A stretch of 64,000 nucleotides of DNA from Balanoglossus misakiensis. Taxonomy: Eukaryota; Animalia; Hemichordata. The position numbers and the translations under genes are program-made. The notes below the pieces were generated by a model. It saw nothing but the letters and a program-made list of their open reading frames with translations, ran no database searches and had not been told where the DNA came from. This document shows, one piece after another, positions 12,070 to 24,900 of the stretch. Where the stretch lies: positions 1,842,831 through 1,906,830 of the forward strand of contig CM082578.2 in NCBI GenBank assembly GCA_040954595.2, given 5' to 3'. Numbering within the stretch: position 1 is the stretch's first letter; each line of letters begins with the position of its first letter.

Positions 12070-15000
12070 CAAAGGACCACTCTTCAATGTAAGTCATCAT
12101 ACCCTTCCACCCTGTGATTTTGATGAACACTCCCCCCCCCCCCAGCTTTTTAATTCATTTTGTGTTTCCCATCTAAATGTCAGATCATTACACAGAAACG
12201 TTGATGCCTTAAAATTACTATATGAAGATATTATCAAGTCCAAATTCGCTATCATTGGAATCTCTGAAGTATGGGACCCAAATAACTTAAGTATTTATAA
12301 TATGCAAGATTACACATTGGAAGTGAAGTCTCGTGAAGTAGGAAGGGGCGGTGGGGTTGGGGCTTACATACATTCATCAGTAATCTACAAGCTGCTTCGA
12401 GCAAGTGTCAGTCACTCAGAATCACTCTGGATGTAGGTACAGGTTAAAAATACGAAGATAATTTATGGGAATAATCTACAGAAAACCTAATACTGATATA
12501 ACAGAATTTCAAATTAGTCTCATGCAAGTTTTAAACGAGCTCAGATGTGACAAAAATAATTGTATTTTAATGGGCGATTTTAATATTGATACTAACATAA
12601 GACTGACCAACCCCAATATAGATTCATATCTATCCTCCTTGGAATGTATAGGCTTAAGACAGCTGATATCTACCCCAACCAGAGTGACTAGTTCATCTGA
12701 AACTTTAATTGACCACATCTACACAAATATTAATCAACGTCCTATTCATGCTGGCACTATAATCACTGATATCTCAGACCATTTCCCTGTGTATACTCTT
12801 TTAGAAAATATTCCTCTAAAATTGCCACAAAAAGAGAAAATTATTTTCAGAAATTTCAAAAACTATAGTCCCTCTCAATTTTACGAAGATCTTGAAAACA
12901 CAACATGGGATTCTGTGTACCATTGCTCTGATGCTAATGAGGCTTACAACAATTTTTATTCAGTCTTTAATGAAATTTGTGATAAACATGCACCTATTTC
13001 TACCAAATCCTATAGTACCAAAAAAAATAAAAAAAACCTTGGATCACCAAATCACTTAGAAAATCTATTAACACCAAACATAGGCTATATAACAAATTAT
13101 ATAAATCAAAATTTAATAATGCTGTTGCTGTTGATAATTATAAAAAAATATCGAAATATTTTATCGGCTTTACTCAGGAAAGCCAAACAGATGTACTATA
13201 GCAATATTTTTATACAAAATGAAAATAACACTACTGCAATATGGAAAACAATTAGAGAGATACTTGGAAGCCAAGGTAATGCCAGTCAATCTCTGCCAGA
13301 TAATCTGTGTGTTAAGTCTAATGGTAAGGTACGAACCGTAAATAAGAAAACTGACATTGTCAATGAGCTAAATAACTACTTTGTTGGTATTGGTCCAGAC
13401 CTTGCTAGTAAAATAAAGTCTAACAATTGCAACTTTAATAATTATCTCAAGGCACCCATCTCAAACTCAATCTTTCTTGCCCCAACAACTCAGTTTGAAA
13501 TACAAAAAATTATTTGTAGCCTAGATCCTTATAAAGCTTGTGGCCAAGATCAAATTCCTGCTAGACTTCTTATAGATGGAGCTGCTGTAATATCTAAACC
13601 ATTAGAATACATATTCAACCTCTCCTTTCATTCAGGAATATTTCCGAAAGCCCTAAAATCAGCAAAAGTTATTCCAAGTTTCAAGAAAGGAACCACTGAT
13701 GATCCAGGAAATTACAGACCAATATCAATTTTACCTCTTACAAGCAAAGTCTTAGAAAAAATAGTCAACTCCCGTCTTACCAACTTTGTAGAACAATTGA
13801 ATATTCTATATCAGTATGCCTTTCGACAAAAATATAGTACCAAACTCTCTCTGATCAATCTTGTCAATTATCTCATTAAGCAACTTGATGCTGGCAGAAT
13901 TACACTTGGCATTTTCCTTGACTTTTCAAAAGCCTTTGATACCATTGATCATACAATATTACTATCTAAACTCTCTCACTATGGTATACGTGGACGTCCT
14001 CTACAATGGTTTACAGATTATTTAAAAGATAGATGTCAACATGTTTGTGCTGATGGCCATATCTAATCTAGCCATAATATTACATGTGGAGTTCCACAGG
14101 GATCTGTCCTTGGACCTACTCTATTTTTATTATTTATTAATGATATAGCCCTTTCAACATCCTTCTTCAACTTTCGGCTGTTTGCTGATGATACAAATCT
14201 GTTCCATACCTTCCCTGCAAACAAAAGTGATATCAATCTGAACCATGTTGACAGCCAGTTACAGCTGGTACTAGATTGGTGCAATGCCAACAAACTCACT
14301 ATAAATCACTTAAAAACAAATTACATTATTTTCAGAAACCAAAGACGAACCTTTTCCCATGTTGGTTCTCTCCACATAAATAATATGGTCATTAATGAGG
14401 TAGAAGCTGCATCATTTGTTGGCATTCTCATTGACAGGCATCTTACCTGGTCAAAACATATCCAGATGCTAAACACAATCATCAGAAAGAAAGTTGGCAT
14501 TCTCTTTAAACTCAGACATTTTGTACCTACCCATAATACTTACCTTACTCTACAAATCACTTATCCAACCACATATAACATACGGCCTCGAAGTATGGGG
14601 GTCAACACATCCTTCATATCTCAACCGTATTAAGTTATTACAAAAAATGGCAGTAAGAGCAATAACCTTCAGTGATTTCACAGCTCATTCAACTCCTTTA
14701 TTCCATAAATTGAAAATCCTTGATATTTTCAAATGACATAAGCTCCAGGTATGCTCCTTCATGTATGATCTTGTAAACAATAATCTTCCACAAAGGCTGA
14801 CAACCTACTGTCAATTACCTCTCCATGATTACAGTACACGCCACAAAAACCAAGGTAATCTCCATATTCCAAGTGTAAATACAACAATGGGCAAATTTGC
14901 AATATCTTATAATGGCCCTCTCTTATGGAATTCATTACCAGAACAAATAAAAAACAAAAAATCCCAACAAACTTTCCGGTACTCGCTCAAACAAATGTAT

Positions 15001-15346
15001 TTAGAAAATTAACTATAAATATATATATATTTATATATAGTAGTTCAATTTATACATTCAATGTATTTATTTCATTCAAGTTTAGCTACTGTCTATGTAC
15101 ATAGTTGCCTTTACAGTGTACATGCCTAATATTGCTTCTCTCTAAGAAATACACTGCCCTCAAAATGAAATGTAACTATTTTTTATACCGCAATGTACAG
15201 AGGAATGGGAACAGACTTGACTAGCACCTGCTATTTTCTGTTCCCAATTACCCTTTCATTCAACCTGTCTCACTCGTGAGTTATGTAAATACTTTTCAAC
15301 TTTTCAACAAGGGTAATAAATTGAATTGAAATTGAATTGAATTGAA
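12070..15346 (+). mobile_element. CR1/L2-group (Crack-like) LINE with a nearly complete but disrupted ORF2 (APE endonuclease + RT)
   Basis: APE motifs HLNVRSL, GISEVW, GGGVGAY, YRKPN, GDFN, IDHIY, SDHFPV. RT motifs YRPISILP, FLDFSKAFDTIDH, GVPQGSVLGP, FADDT. In-frame stops (12436, 14066, 14736) and frameshifts. 3' (ATTGA)n tail and a possible AACTCA target duplication. Confidence 0.93.
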
Positions 15347-16781
15347 CTCACGTCATCAGAGTAGACAAAGAAAATACGATCACGCAATATTTCAATGATC
15401 AAATCTCCCAAACTATAGATTAAAAAGGCTGATTATTCAGTTGAATGTCATTCTATCTCAGTTTTTTTTGCGATAGCAGACGATTCAAGAGTCTTCCCTT
15501 CTTCATTCCACGAGACCTCTTTTCTTCGTCGCCAGAACTGCTTCAACTACATGCTTCTGGATACGACGCCCCTCTGATCAAACAACAGATCCATCCTGAA
15601 ATAGTGCTTCAAATCTTGATATTTTTCTTTAATTTGACTCAGATAGAAGGTCTTTTCATCCAAATGCATAGATTATGAATTATTTCTCTCAATATATTCA
15701 GTGACTACCTCCCGATGATATATATCCTCCTGAATTAGTGCTTCAAATTTTGATATTTTTCTTGATATTTTTCTTTAATTTGACTTCAACCGTCACCATT
15801 CTCCAAGACTGTAAAAGAAGGGAGATGATGATTAACTATTATCAATTTTTTTGCCCCTTTTACTGTCTTTACAACTGGCCGTATAAATCTGATATTTGTT
15901 TGGCATGCGAATTTTGGAATATGGATGTGTATGATCACAATTATAAGATCCTCAAAATGAAAGATCCTATCATTTCATTTGGTTAATTACCAGTTCATAG
16001 GTGAATGAAAATATTGTTACTCACTTTGAAACCTGACATGTATATATAATAATTCAAAGTATTTATTCGCATATTTTTATATTATTCATGGTGTTATAGA
16101 TCAATGGAAATTTTTCAAATTAAATTCATGTATATAAAATGTAGCAATGTAATGTCATATGTGAAACCCTTAATCTTGATATTGTAATTCATTGTAGAAT
16201 ATGATTATATTGTGTTATTCACTCAACTTGTGCATGTATGTTTAAGATTCATGCAAAATTACTTTTTTATACAAACTGTTCCTTTTTGTGTTGTTCGGAG
16301 GTGACAACTCATCAACAATGAAATAAGTTTGGGAAATTTTTGAACAAAGTCATGAAGTGGAATTACTATAAATAAGTTTAATATCTGTTTGAGTTGTCCT
16401 GCCAGAAGTCAACATTTTTAGCTTATACAAATACTGGTGCAACTACAGAACAGTTGAAGAATTTCATCATTATATTTATGTTTTAATTACAAGTATATCA
16501 ATTGTACCTTTTCCTTATATTAAAAGCATATTTTTATTATAATATTTAATTGAATTCTTTGTCTACTTTTTTAAACTGACAATTTGTCATTCATTACCAT
16601 AACCCTGGAGTGTATTTCACTGTGTCCAGAGATTCTTCTGTAGTAGTTATAATAAGACATCAAACCAGGTCCAGTAATCAATATTACTCAAGCTAAGCTA
16701 ATTACCAGGTCCAGGTTCAAAAAAGAAATAAGTGAAAAACTTTCAATTTCAACAGGATCATCTTGAACCACTGCTAAGTGG

Positions 16782-17245
16782 TAGTACTCGCACAGGGGGC
16801 TGCAAACATGAAAGTTATAAATGGCGGAGTTCCTGCATTTTCCCCCAATAAACATTAATTGATGAACAGTCTTTGTGCTTGTTTATTTTTCTGTGTTACC
16901 TCCACCTGTCTTAGCAGTTGCTAATCCAGAATACAAGCTATTGCATTTCCCATTAAGCACCTGCTAACGACTTAATCTGTGTGCCCCATCCACGGATTTA
17001 GTGGATTAAGTAAACATCGGTCAGTTCTCACTTGGTAAGAGAATACCCAGTACTCGCTGACCGATGTTTACTTTATTAACTTAATCCGTGGATGGGGCAC
17101 ACAGATTAAGTCGTTAGCAGGTGATTAATGGGAAATGGATAGCTTTTATTCTGGATTAGCAAATGATAAGACAGGTTGGGAAAACGCAGAATGGAACGTA
17201 CTTCGCCATTTATAACTTTCATGTTTGCAGCCCCCTGTGGTACTA
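16782..17245. mobile_element. Foldback MITE, uninterrupted copy
   Basis: Same TIRs as 6161-7722 with only a short central spacer. Confidence 0.85.
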
Positions 17246-19828
17246 GGTGTCGGAAATGGGTAAGCACACCCTTCCAGCATGCTACACCCGTTAAGACTGA
17301 CCCAAAGAGACAGATTTAAGTTGAATTTGACTTAACTAACAAATTACTGTTGCAAGTCAAATCCATATTTTGACTTTATCTCCGACTGAGCGCAGCGAGT
17401 CTGAGAGACACTCCACGTCTTCCTCTTCACAAGCAGCCCACTGTTTACATAAGTTTCAGTAGCATCCATAATGGTTCTAAAGTTGGTTGCTCGAGACAAT
17501 ATTTCGGGCAAAACTGGACAGCTGCCGAAGTTTGGTATTTGGAATGATTGTCAGGTCACCTGTTATTATATGAACGTGAGGTTCACAAGTGTAAATCCAA
17601 TATTTAACATTACTTAAAGGGACAAATTACTCAAATTCTCTTTTGAGCTTATTTGATCAATTGTGTTTGATATGAAATGTGCCTATTATGCTGTTTGACT
17701 TCTTTAAACATGCTTAAATACTGGCCAATAAATAACTCCACTATGTTTGAAATTAAACCAGATAGTACAATAATACATTCCAAATGTCATATGTGATAAC
17801 ATCATGCTTTGGACTTTTTTACTTTATATATTACATAACATGTTACGGAGGGGGAGAGAGGTGAGAGAAGGAATGTGAGAAAGGAGAGAAGAAAAGCAAG
17901 AGGGCGGAAATGAGAATGTCAGGATGGAAAGGGGATGAGGGGAGGACTTTGACAGAAGGGGAGGGGAGAGACCGAATAAGTGAAGGTGAGAGAGGAAGTG
18001 GTTAGACAGGAAGAAAGGGAAATTAAAGCTCAATCACCACCACCACCACCACAATCATCATCATCACCATCATTGCCATCATCATTCTGGAGGCATCGTG
18101 GCCTGTATTGGCCCATGGGCATCATGGGCCAAAAAAACTGATTCAGTGTAAATGTGCATAAACCACACTTTTGTACGAACTCCTGTAACCGGTGACGCAA
18201 GTCGTGAGTGAATTTGTGGGCGTGTCGCGACCTTTTCTGTGAACGTGATGCAGAGTGATATATTGATGACCCCCAGCCACCCCCACACCCTTTGGTAACA
18301 CACTTCTTAAACTTTCTTTACATAGAATGGACTTCTCAAACCTTCCTTACCAAAGTTCTGATTAAAGACATCTATCTTCTAGGGTACTACCAACAGCGTT
18401 TCACGTGACTGTAGACAAGCAGCAAGTACCTGTTCACAGACAAGGGCGTGCGCGCGTCCACAATAATTAACGAATGTTTTTACCGCCGTGTGTTTTATGC
18501 ACATAAACACTGAATCAGCTTTAATATTGTCCCATGATGCCCCGTGAGTTGTCAGGGTACCAAACTGACAATGCTCGAGAAAAAATGAAGTGTTGACATG
18601 CATGTTGATAAGGGGTATCACGTGCACAATGCATGTTGCAGACGCTGGTTTCTCTTAGCAATAGAGTAGAGGCGTAAGGATGGGTTGATCTTGTGATTAA
18701 GAATTTTGGCAAAGAAACAGAAATTGTGCCATTTAGTTTTGTATTAAACCCTATTCGCGTATTTTATGTTAAAGCACGAAATACTGCAATAATGAGATAC
18801 GGTAGTATTTAACACATATCATATATGATATAATATAGCTTTATCAATACCAGTGAATTTTGTGACGTCATTTCTGTACATTTTTTTTTCTTTTATTTAA
18901 AACGCACAATGTTACATCAACAAATCAAAAGAAGAAACGAACTGAAAAGTCACATCATAGCTTCAAAATTTATTACACTTTCTGGATGGTTGCATGATTC
19001 CTAAGGCTTGTATACCTTCAACCTCAATGTCACGCGGGAGGATTGGTGTTAATGTAACGGGGAATTAAACTCTATAGATGGGGATAACTCGCTTGGCTAA
19101 TACTGAGAGGTACCTATATGGAATCGTGCTGACGTCCAGATACATCGACACGAACACTGGGTATTTATGGTAGCAACTGAAAATATAAGAATTTAATGAA
19201 ATAAACCTACTCGACCACTTGCGTTCTGAGGACAAGAAGGACACAAATAGTCCGCCATCCAAAAGACCGTTCCAGCATTTTATTTTTACCCGTCAAAAGA
19301 CGCGGAGATATATTTTTAGATGAAAGATCCATGCATACTCAGATTGCATAGTACTTGTCTTCCTTGTGTTCCTTAAAATAATGAATGTATTGTATTTTCT
19401 TTTCTTTTCATCAGGAATGTGATAACTTTCTTAACACTTCAAAAGTTTCTTTACTCTTCAATCACTTCTGTCTCAACTGTTAAGTTTAACTTTTACTTCC
19501 AAATCTCAGGTCACAAACTTTATAGACTGCTAAACAATTTTCTTCCTAGTGTTGTATGCGCCACTTGTGAATTTTTGCGAGTGAGATTCACGGGCGTTTG
19601 AGCACAATTTATACAAAAGATGTTTATCGCCATTAGAAAAACGTTCGCGTAGAATCAATGACGTCATGGTAAATTTTAGCTGCATGCTCCAATAGGGATG
19701 ATAGGGAGACTACTTGTTGTAGAGCACCTGAAAATGTACGTATTTCGTCACTTCCTTTTCGCGAAATTTAATTCTTAACGGCATCTTAGTTTTAAGATTT
19801 GTGATTTCTTTTTTCTTCAGTTGTACAT

Positions 19829-20110
19829 TTGCATCACAGGATACTTCTTTGTAGACTATCGAACCTTGGCATCTCAGACACAGTACAAGCATGGTTTACA
19901 TCTTACCTTCAATATAGATATCAAACTGTAATCATCGAAAACACTGCAAGTTCACAGTCACCTCTCGTATACGGGGTGCCACTGGCCCTCTCTTGTTCAC
20001 CATTTATATAGCCCCACTTTATAGTAAACTGATTCGTCCCCACATCGTACAATTTCATCAGTACGCCGATGATAACCAGCGATACCTCGCCTTTTCCCAT
20101 CAAGATTCAA
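19829..20110 (+). pseudogene. Duplicate of the decayed LINE RT fragment
   Basis: Near-identical to 10344-10630, including YADD. Confidence 0.8.
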
Positions 20111-20164
20111 CCTCTGACGTTCCTGTCTTCTAAGGATTGTTGAACTTTAATTCATGCAGTTTGT

Positions 20165-20703
20165 TGTTACGGCCGGTCGTCCTCCGGACGTTTACCTCAT
20201 CGGCTTCTGTGGGGAATCAGCCACGTCCGAAGGCTGACGGCGTACATTCTCTCCATCTCCTTCTCCACCCAACATATTCATAAAGTCCGAGAGAGGTACC
20301 CGGCAGATCGTAAACCTTTCGTAGACAGAGACTTGCAACAAATTTTCCGAGTAACACAAAGTTCTGGTTTATTACTGGTCACACGTAAGAATTGCACGAC
20401 TCGATCCATGCTCGTTGACTCCTATCACGGATCTCCGGTGATAAACGTGTGATCTCAAATTTCACCACACCTTATTAATACGTCAGTCAAGTATTAAGTC
20501 ATAAAAGGAACACGTCATCTTAATATATCTTAAACATGAACTTAGCGCGTGATATCTCTATCTCGTTCTGACATGTATCAATTACACAATCTTGTTTACT
20601 CTTGGTAAAGTACCTATGTCAACACTGGACTAAAACCATACAAGTGAATGACTTCTTACGTAATCATAGAAAAGATCTATGAGCGTTAAACTCAGTCGTG
20701 ACA
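20165..20703 (-). mobile_element. Duplicate LTR, copied by the segmental duplication
   Basis: TGTTACG...CGTGACA, again followed by the pyrimidine tract and the same internal sequence. Confidence 0.75.
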
Positions 20704-21152
20704 CTTTCCCACATTTCCAATAATCGAACTTCCACGTTCGATCAAAGAAAGAATGAAAACGAAAACCAAGTCTGCGCTATCGGTTTTAAATACACTACGC
20801 CAAAATCAAACTCAATAATCACTTTTAAAATATCACAGCCTGTTCAAAGAAATTAAAGAAAATCGCATAAAACGTTTTCAATGTCAAAATTCAAAGCGAC
20901 TTCACTGTTCTGACTTCTCGTCAAAGAGTGTCTCTTTTCCAGTGAAAAATTCAACAGTCAATAACCGCGTAAAAAATCAAGTCTGATAGTTCTTTCGTAC
21001 AAACAGTCTCTTCACTGCTGTACTAACGGAGCAGGCACATTCCAAAGATGCTCTCGAACACAATAACTGTTCCGGATAATACCGCCAAGTACGGAGCATT
21101 TCAGAGTGGATCATAATGCAATACAAGCTCGTAATAAACAGTAAAAATGAAT

Positions 21153-21559
21153 TTAATGAATGTTAAAAGATCTTAATTTAATACCACTATCTGATCGCAG
21201 GAGAGAACAGCGGCTTCATCTTATGTACAAAATCGTAAATAACCAAATCGCAACTCCAGCCGAAAGTCATATTAAATTCAACCCACGTACATCCAGTAAT
21301 TCACACTCAAGACCCCTGTTCATACCAATGTGCAAAACAGATACTTACAAAGTTAACACTCCTTCATTCCGCGAACCATTATTGACTGGAACCACTTACC
21401 TGATAACATTGTAACTAGCACAAACCTAGAGCATTTTAAAGCTGGTCTTTCAGGAATAACTAGTCATCACGACTAAATTCACCTTGCGCACCTGCAGGAT
21501 TACTGCTCAATTTCTGAGTTACTCTGCAGTATTATACAGATACAGATATAGATACAGAT
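21153..21559 (+). mobile_element. 5'-truncated CR1-group LINE 3' end with (GATACA)n tail
   Basis: MLKDLNLIPLSDRRREQRLHLMYKIVNN...CKTDTYK, then frameshifted SFIPRTIIDWNHLP. The empty site AAAATGAAT|ACACTTC is present in copy A (~11667). Confidence 0.85.
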
Positions 21560-21921
21560 ACACTTCATCATACTGTCAGGTTCAAAAATAACCACGACAC
21601 GAATTCTTATGTGAAAGGATGCGTAAGACTACAATAAAATCACGCTCAACTTCAACTACACTCTGGGACTTCTCTCTTGTCCCTCGTATGAACTCACATG
21701 CCAACTCAAAGGGCCATTTTCATACGCCAGACCGTCTCCCTTGCGGTCATTAAAACATCACGACTTCATCACCAGACCGTCTCTCTTGCGGTCATCACAA
21801 AAACTTCAACAACTCCTCGAAAACCTATTAAACTTCACTACACTGCACGGCATCACTTCAACAAAAGAATACACATTTACAATGTCGAAAACAATGCAAA
21901 AACTTGGTGGAAAACAATATC

Positions 21922-24900
21922 TAGCTAGTGGCCAGTGTCGTGCCCATCAATTTTGAGTGTTTGGTGGGGTCAACCTTTGCGTCAGCATTGATTAACCAGG
22001 CCAGAGCTAGTGGCCAGTGTCGTGCCCATTAATTTTGAGTGTTTGGTGGGGTCAACCTTTGCGTCAGCATTGATTAACCAGGCCAGAGCTAGTGGCCAGT
22101 GTCGTGCCCATTAATTTTGAGTGTTTGGTGGGGTCAACCTTTGCGTCAACATTGATTAGCCAGGCCAGAGCTAGTGGCCAGTGTCGTGCCCATCAATTTT
22201 GAGTGTTTGGTGGGATCAACCTTTGCGTCAACATTAATTAACCAGGCCATGCAGAGCTAGTGGCCAGTGTCGTGCCCATTAATTTTGAGTGTTTGGTGGG
22301 GTCAACCTTTGCGTCAACATTGATTAACCAGGCCATGCAGAGCTAGTGGCCAGTGTCGTGCCCATTAATTTTGAGTGTTTGGTGGGGTCAAACTTTGCGT
22401 CAACATTGATTAGCCAGGCCAGAGCTAGTGGCCAGTGTCGTGCCCATCAATTTTGAGTGTTTGGTGGGGTCGACCTTTGCGTCAACATTGATTAACCAGG
22501 CCATGCAGAGCTAGTGGCCAGTGTCGTGCCCATTAATTTTGAGTGTTTGGTGGGGTCGACCTTTGCGTCAACATTGATTAACCAGGCCATGCAGAGCTAG
22601 TGGCCAGTGTCGTGCCCATTAATTTTGAGTGTTTGGTGGGGTCGACCTTTGCGTCAACATTGATTAACCAGGCCATGCAGAGCTAGTGGCCAGTGTCGTG
22701 CCCATTAATTTTGAGTGTTTGGTGGGGTCGACCTTTGCGTCAACATTGATTAACCAGGCCAGAGCTAGTGGCCAGTGTCGTGCCCATTAATTTTGAGTGT
22801 TTGGTGGGGTCGACCTTTGCTTCAACATTGATTAGCCAGGCCAGAGCTAGTGGCCAGTGTCGAGCCCATCAATTTTGAGTGTTTGGTGGGGTCCACCCTT
22901 GCGTCAACATTGATTAGCCGGGCCAGAGCTAGTGGCCAGTGTCGTGCCCATCAATTTTGAGTGTTTGGTGGGGTCCACCCTTGCGTCAACATTGATTAGC
23001 CAGGCCTGAGCTAGTGGCCAGCGTCGTGCCCATCAATTTTGAGTGTTTGGTGGGGTCAACCCTTGCGTCAACATTGATTAGCCAGGCCAGAGCTAGTGGC
23101 CAGTGTCGTGCCCATCAATTTTGAGTGTTTGGTGGGGTCAACCCTTGCGTCAACATTGATTAACCAGGCCATGCAGAGCTAGTGGCCAGTGTCGTGCCCA
23201 TCAATTTTGAGTGTTTGGTGGGGTCAACCTTTGCGTCAACATTGATTAGCCAGGCCAGAGCTAGTGGCCAGTATCGTGCCCATCAATTTTGAGTGTTTGG
23301 TGGGGTCAACCTTTGCGTCAACCTTGATTAACTAGGCCATGCAGAGCTAGTGGCCAGTGTCGTGCCCATCAATTTTGAGTGTTTGGTGGGGTCAACCTTT
23401 GCGTCAACCTTGATTAACTAGGCCATGCAGAGCTAGTGGCCAGTGTCGTGCCCATCAATTTTGAGTGTTTGGTGGGGTCAACCTTTGCGTCAACATTGAT
23501 TAACCAGGCCATGCAGAGCTAGTGGCCAGTGTCGTGCCCATCAATTTTGAGTGTTTGGTGGGGTCAACCTTTGCGTCAACATTGATTAACCAGGCCATGC
23601 AGAGCTAGTGGCCAGTGTCGTGCCCATCAATTTTGAGTGTTTGGTGGGGTCAACCTTTGCGTCAACCTTGATTAACTAGGCCATGCAGAGCTAGTGGCCA
23701 GTGTCGTGCCCATCAATTTTGAGTGTTTGGTGGGGTCAACCTTTGCGTCAACATTGATTAACCAGGCCATGCAAAGCTAGTGGCCAGTGTCGTGCCCATC
23801 AATTTTGAGTGTTTGCAGGTGTGGTCAACCTTTGCGTCAACATTGATTAACCAGGCCATGCAGAGCTAGTGGCCAGTGTCGTGCCCATCAATTTTGAGTG
23901 TTTGCAGGTGTGGTCAACCTTTGCGTCAACATTGATTAACCAGGCCATGCAGAGCTAGTGGCCAGTGTAGTGCCCATCAATTTTGAGTGTTTGAAGGTGT
24001 GGTCAACCTTTGCGTCAACATTGATTAACCAGGCCATGCAGAGCTAGTGGCCAGTGTAGTGCCCATCAATTTTGAGTGTTTGCAGGTGTGGTCAACCTTT
24101 GCGTCAACATTGATTAACCAGGCCATGCAGAGCTAGTGGCCAGTGTAGTGCCCATCAATTTTGAGTGTTTGCAGGTGTGGTCAACCTTTGCGTCAACATT
24201 GATTAACCAGGCCATGCAGAGCTAGTGGCCAGTGTCGTGCCCATCAATTTTGAGTGTTTGCAGGTGTGGTCAACCTTTGCGTCAACATTGATTAACCAGG
24301 CCATGCAGAGCTAGTGGCCAGTGTCGTGCCCATCAATTTTGAGTGTTTGGTGGGGTCAACCTTTGCGTCAACATTGATTAACCAGGCCATGCAGAGCTAG
24401 TGGCCAGTGTCGTGCCCATCAATTTTGAGTGTTTGGTGGGGTCAACCTTTGTGTCAACATTGATTAACCAGTCCATGCAGAGCTAGTGGCCAGTGTCGTG
24501 CCCATCAATTTTGAGTGTTTGGTGGGGTCAACCTTTGCGTCAACATTGATTAACCAGGCCATGCAGAGCTAGTGGCCAGTGTCGTGCCCATCAATTTTGA
24601 GTGTTTGGTGGGGTCAACCTTTGCGTCAACATTGATTAACCAGGCCATGCAGAGCTAGTGGCCAATGTCGTGCCCATCAATTTTGAGTGTTTGGTGGGGT
24701 CAACCTTTGCGTCAACATTGATTAACCAGGCCATGCAGAGCTAGTGGCCAGTGTCGTGCCCATCAATTTTGAGTGTTTGGTGGGGTCAACCTTTGTGTCA
24801 ACATTGATTAACCAGGCCATGCAGAGCTAGTGGCCAGTGTCGTGCCCATCAATTTTGAGTGTTTGGTGGGGTCAACCCTTGCGTCAACATTGATTAGCCA

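Larger units (their letters stand above)
15637..21921. repeat. Segmental duplication 1, copy B
   Basis: Matches 5267-11983. It lacks the 6429-7526 insertion, has an extra ~250 bp at ~16386-16633 and carries a LINE fragment at 21153-21559. Confidence 0.95.

Noticed and set aside
10680-20703. One full-length LTR retrotransposon bounded by the two LTR copies
   Set aside because: Both LTRs have the same flanks on both sides, including the PPT. They are products of the segmental duplication.
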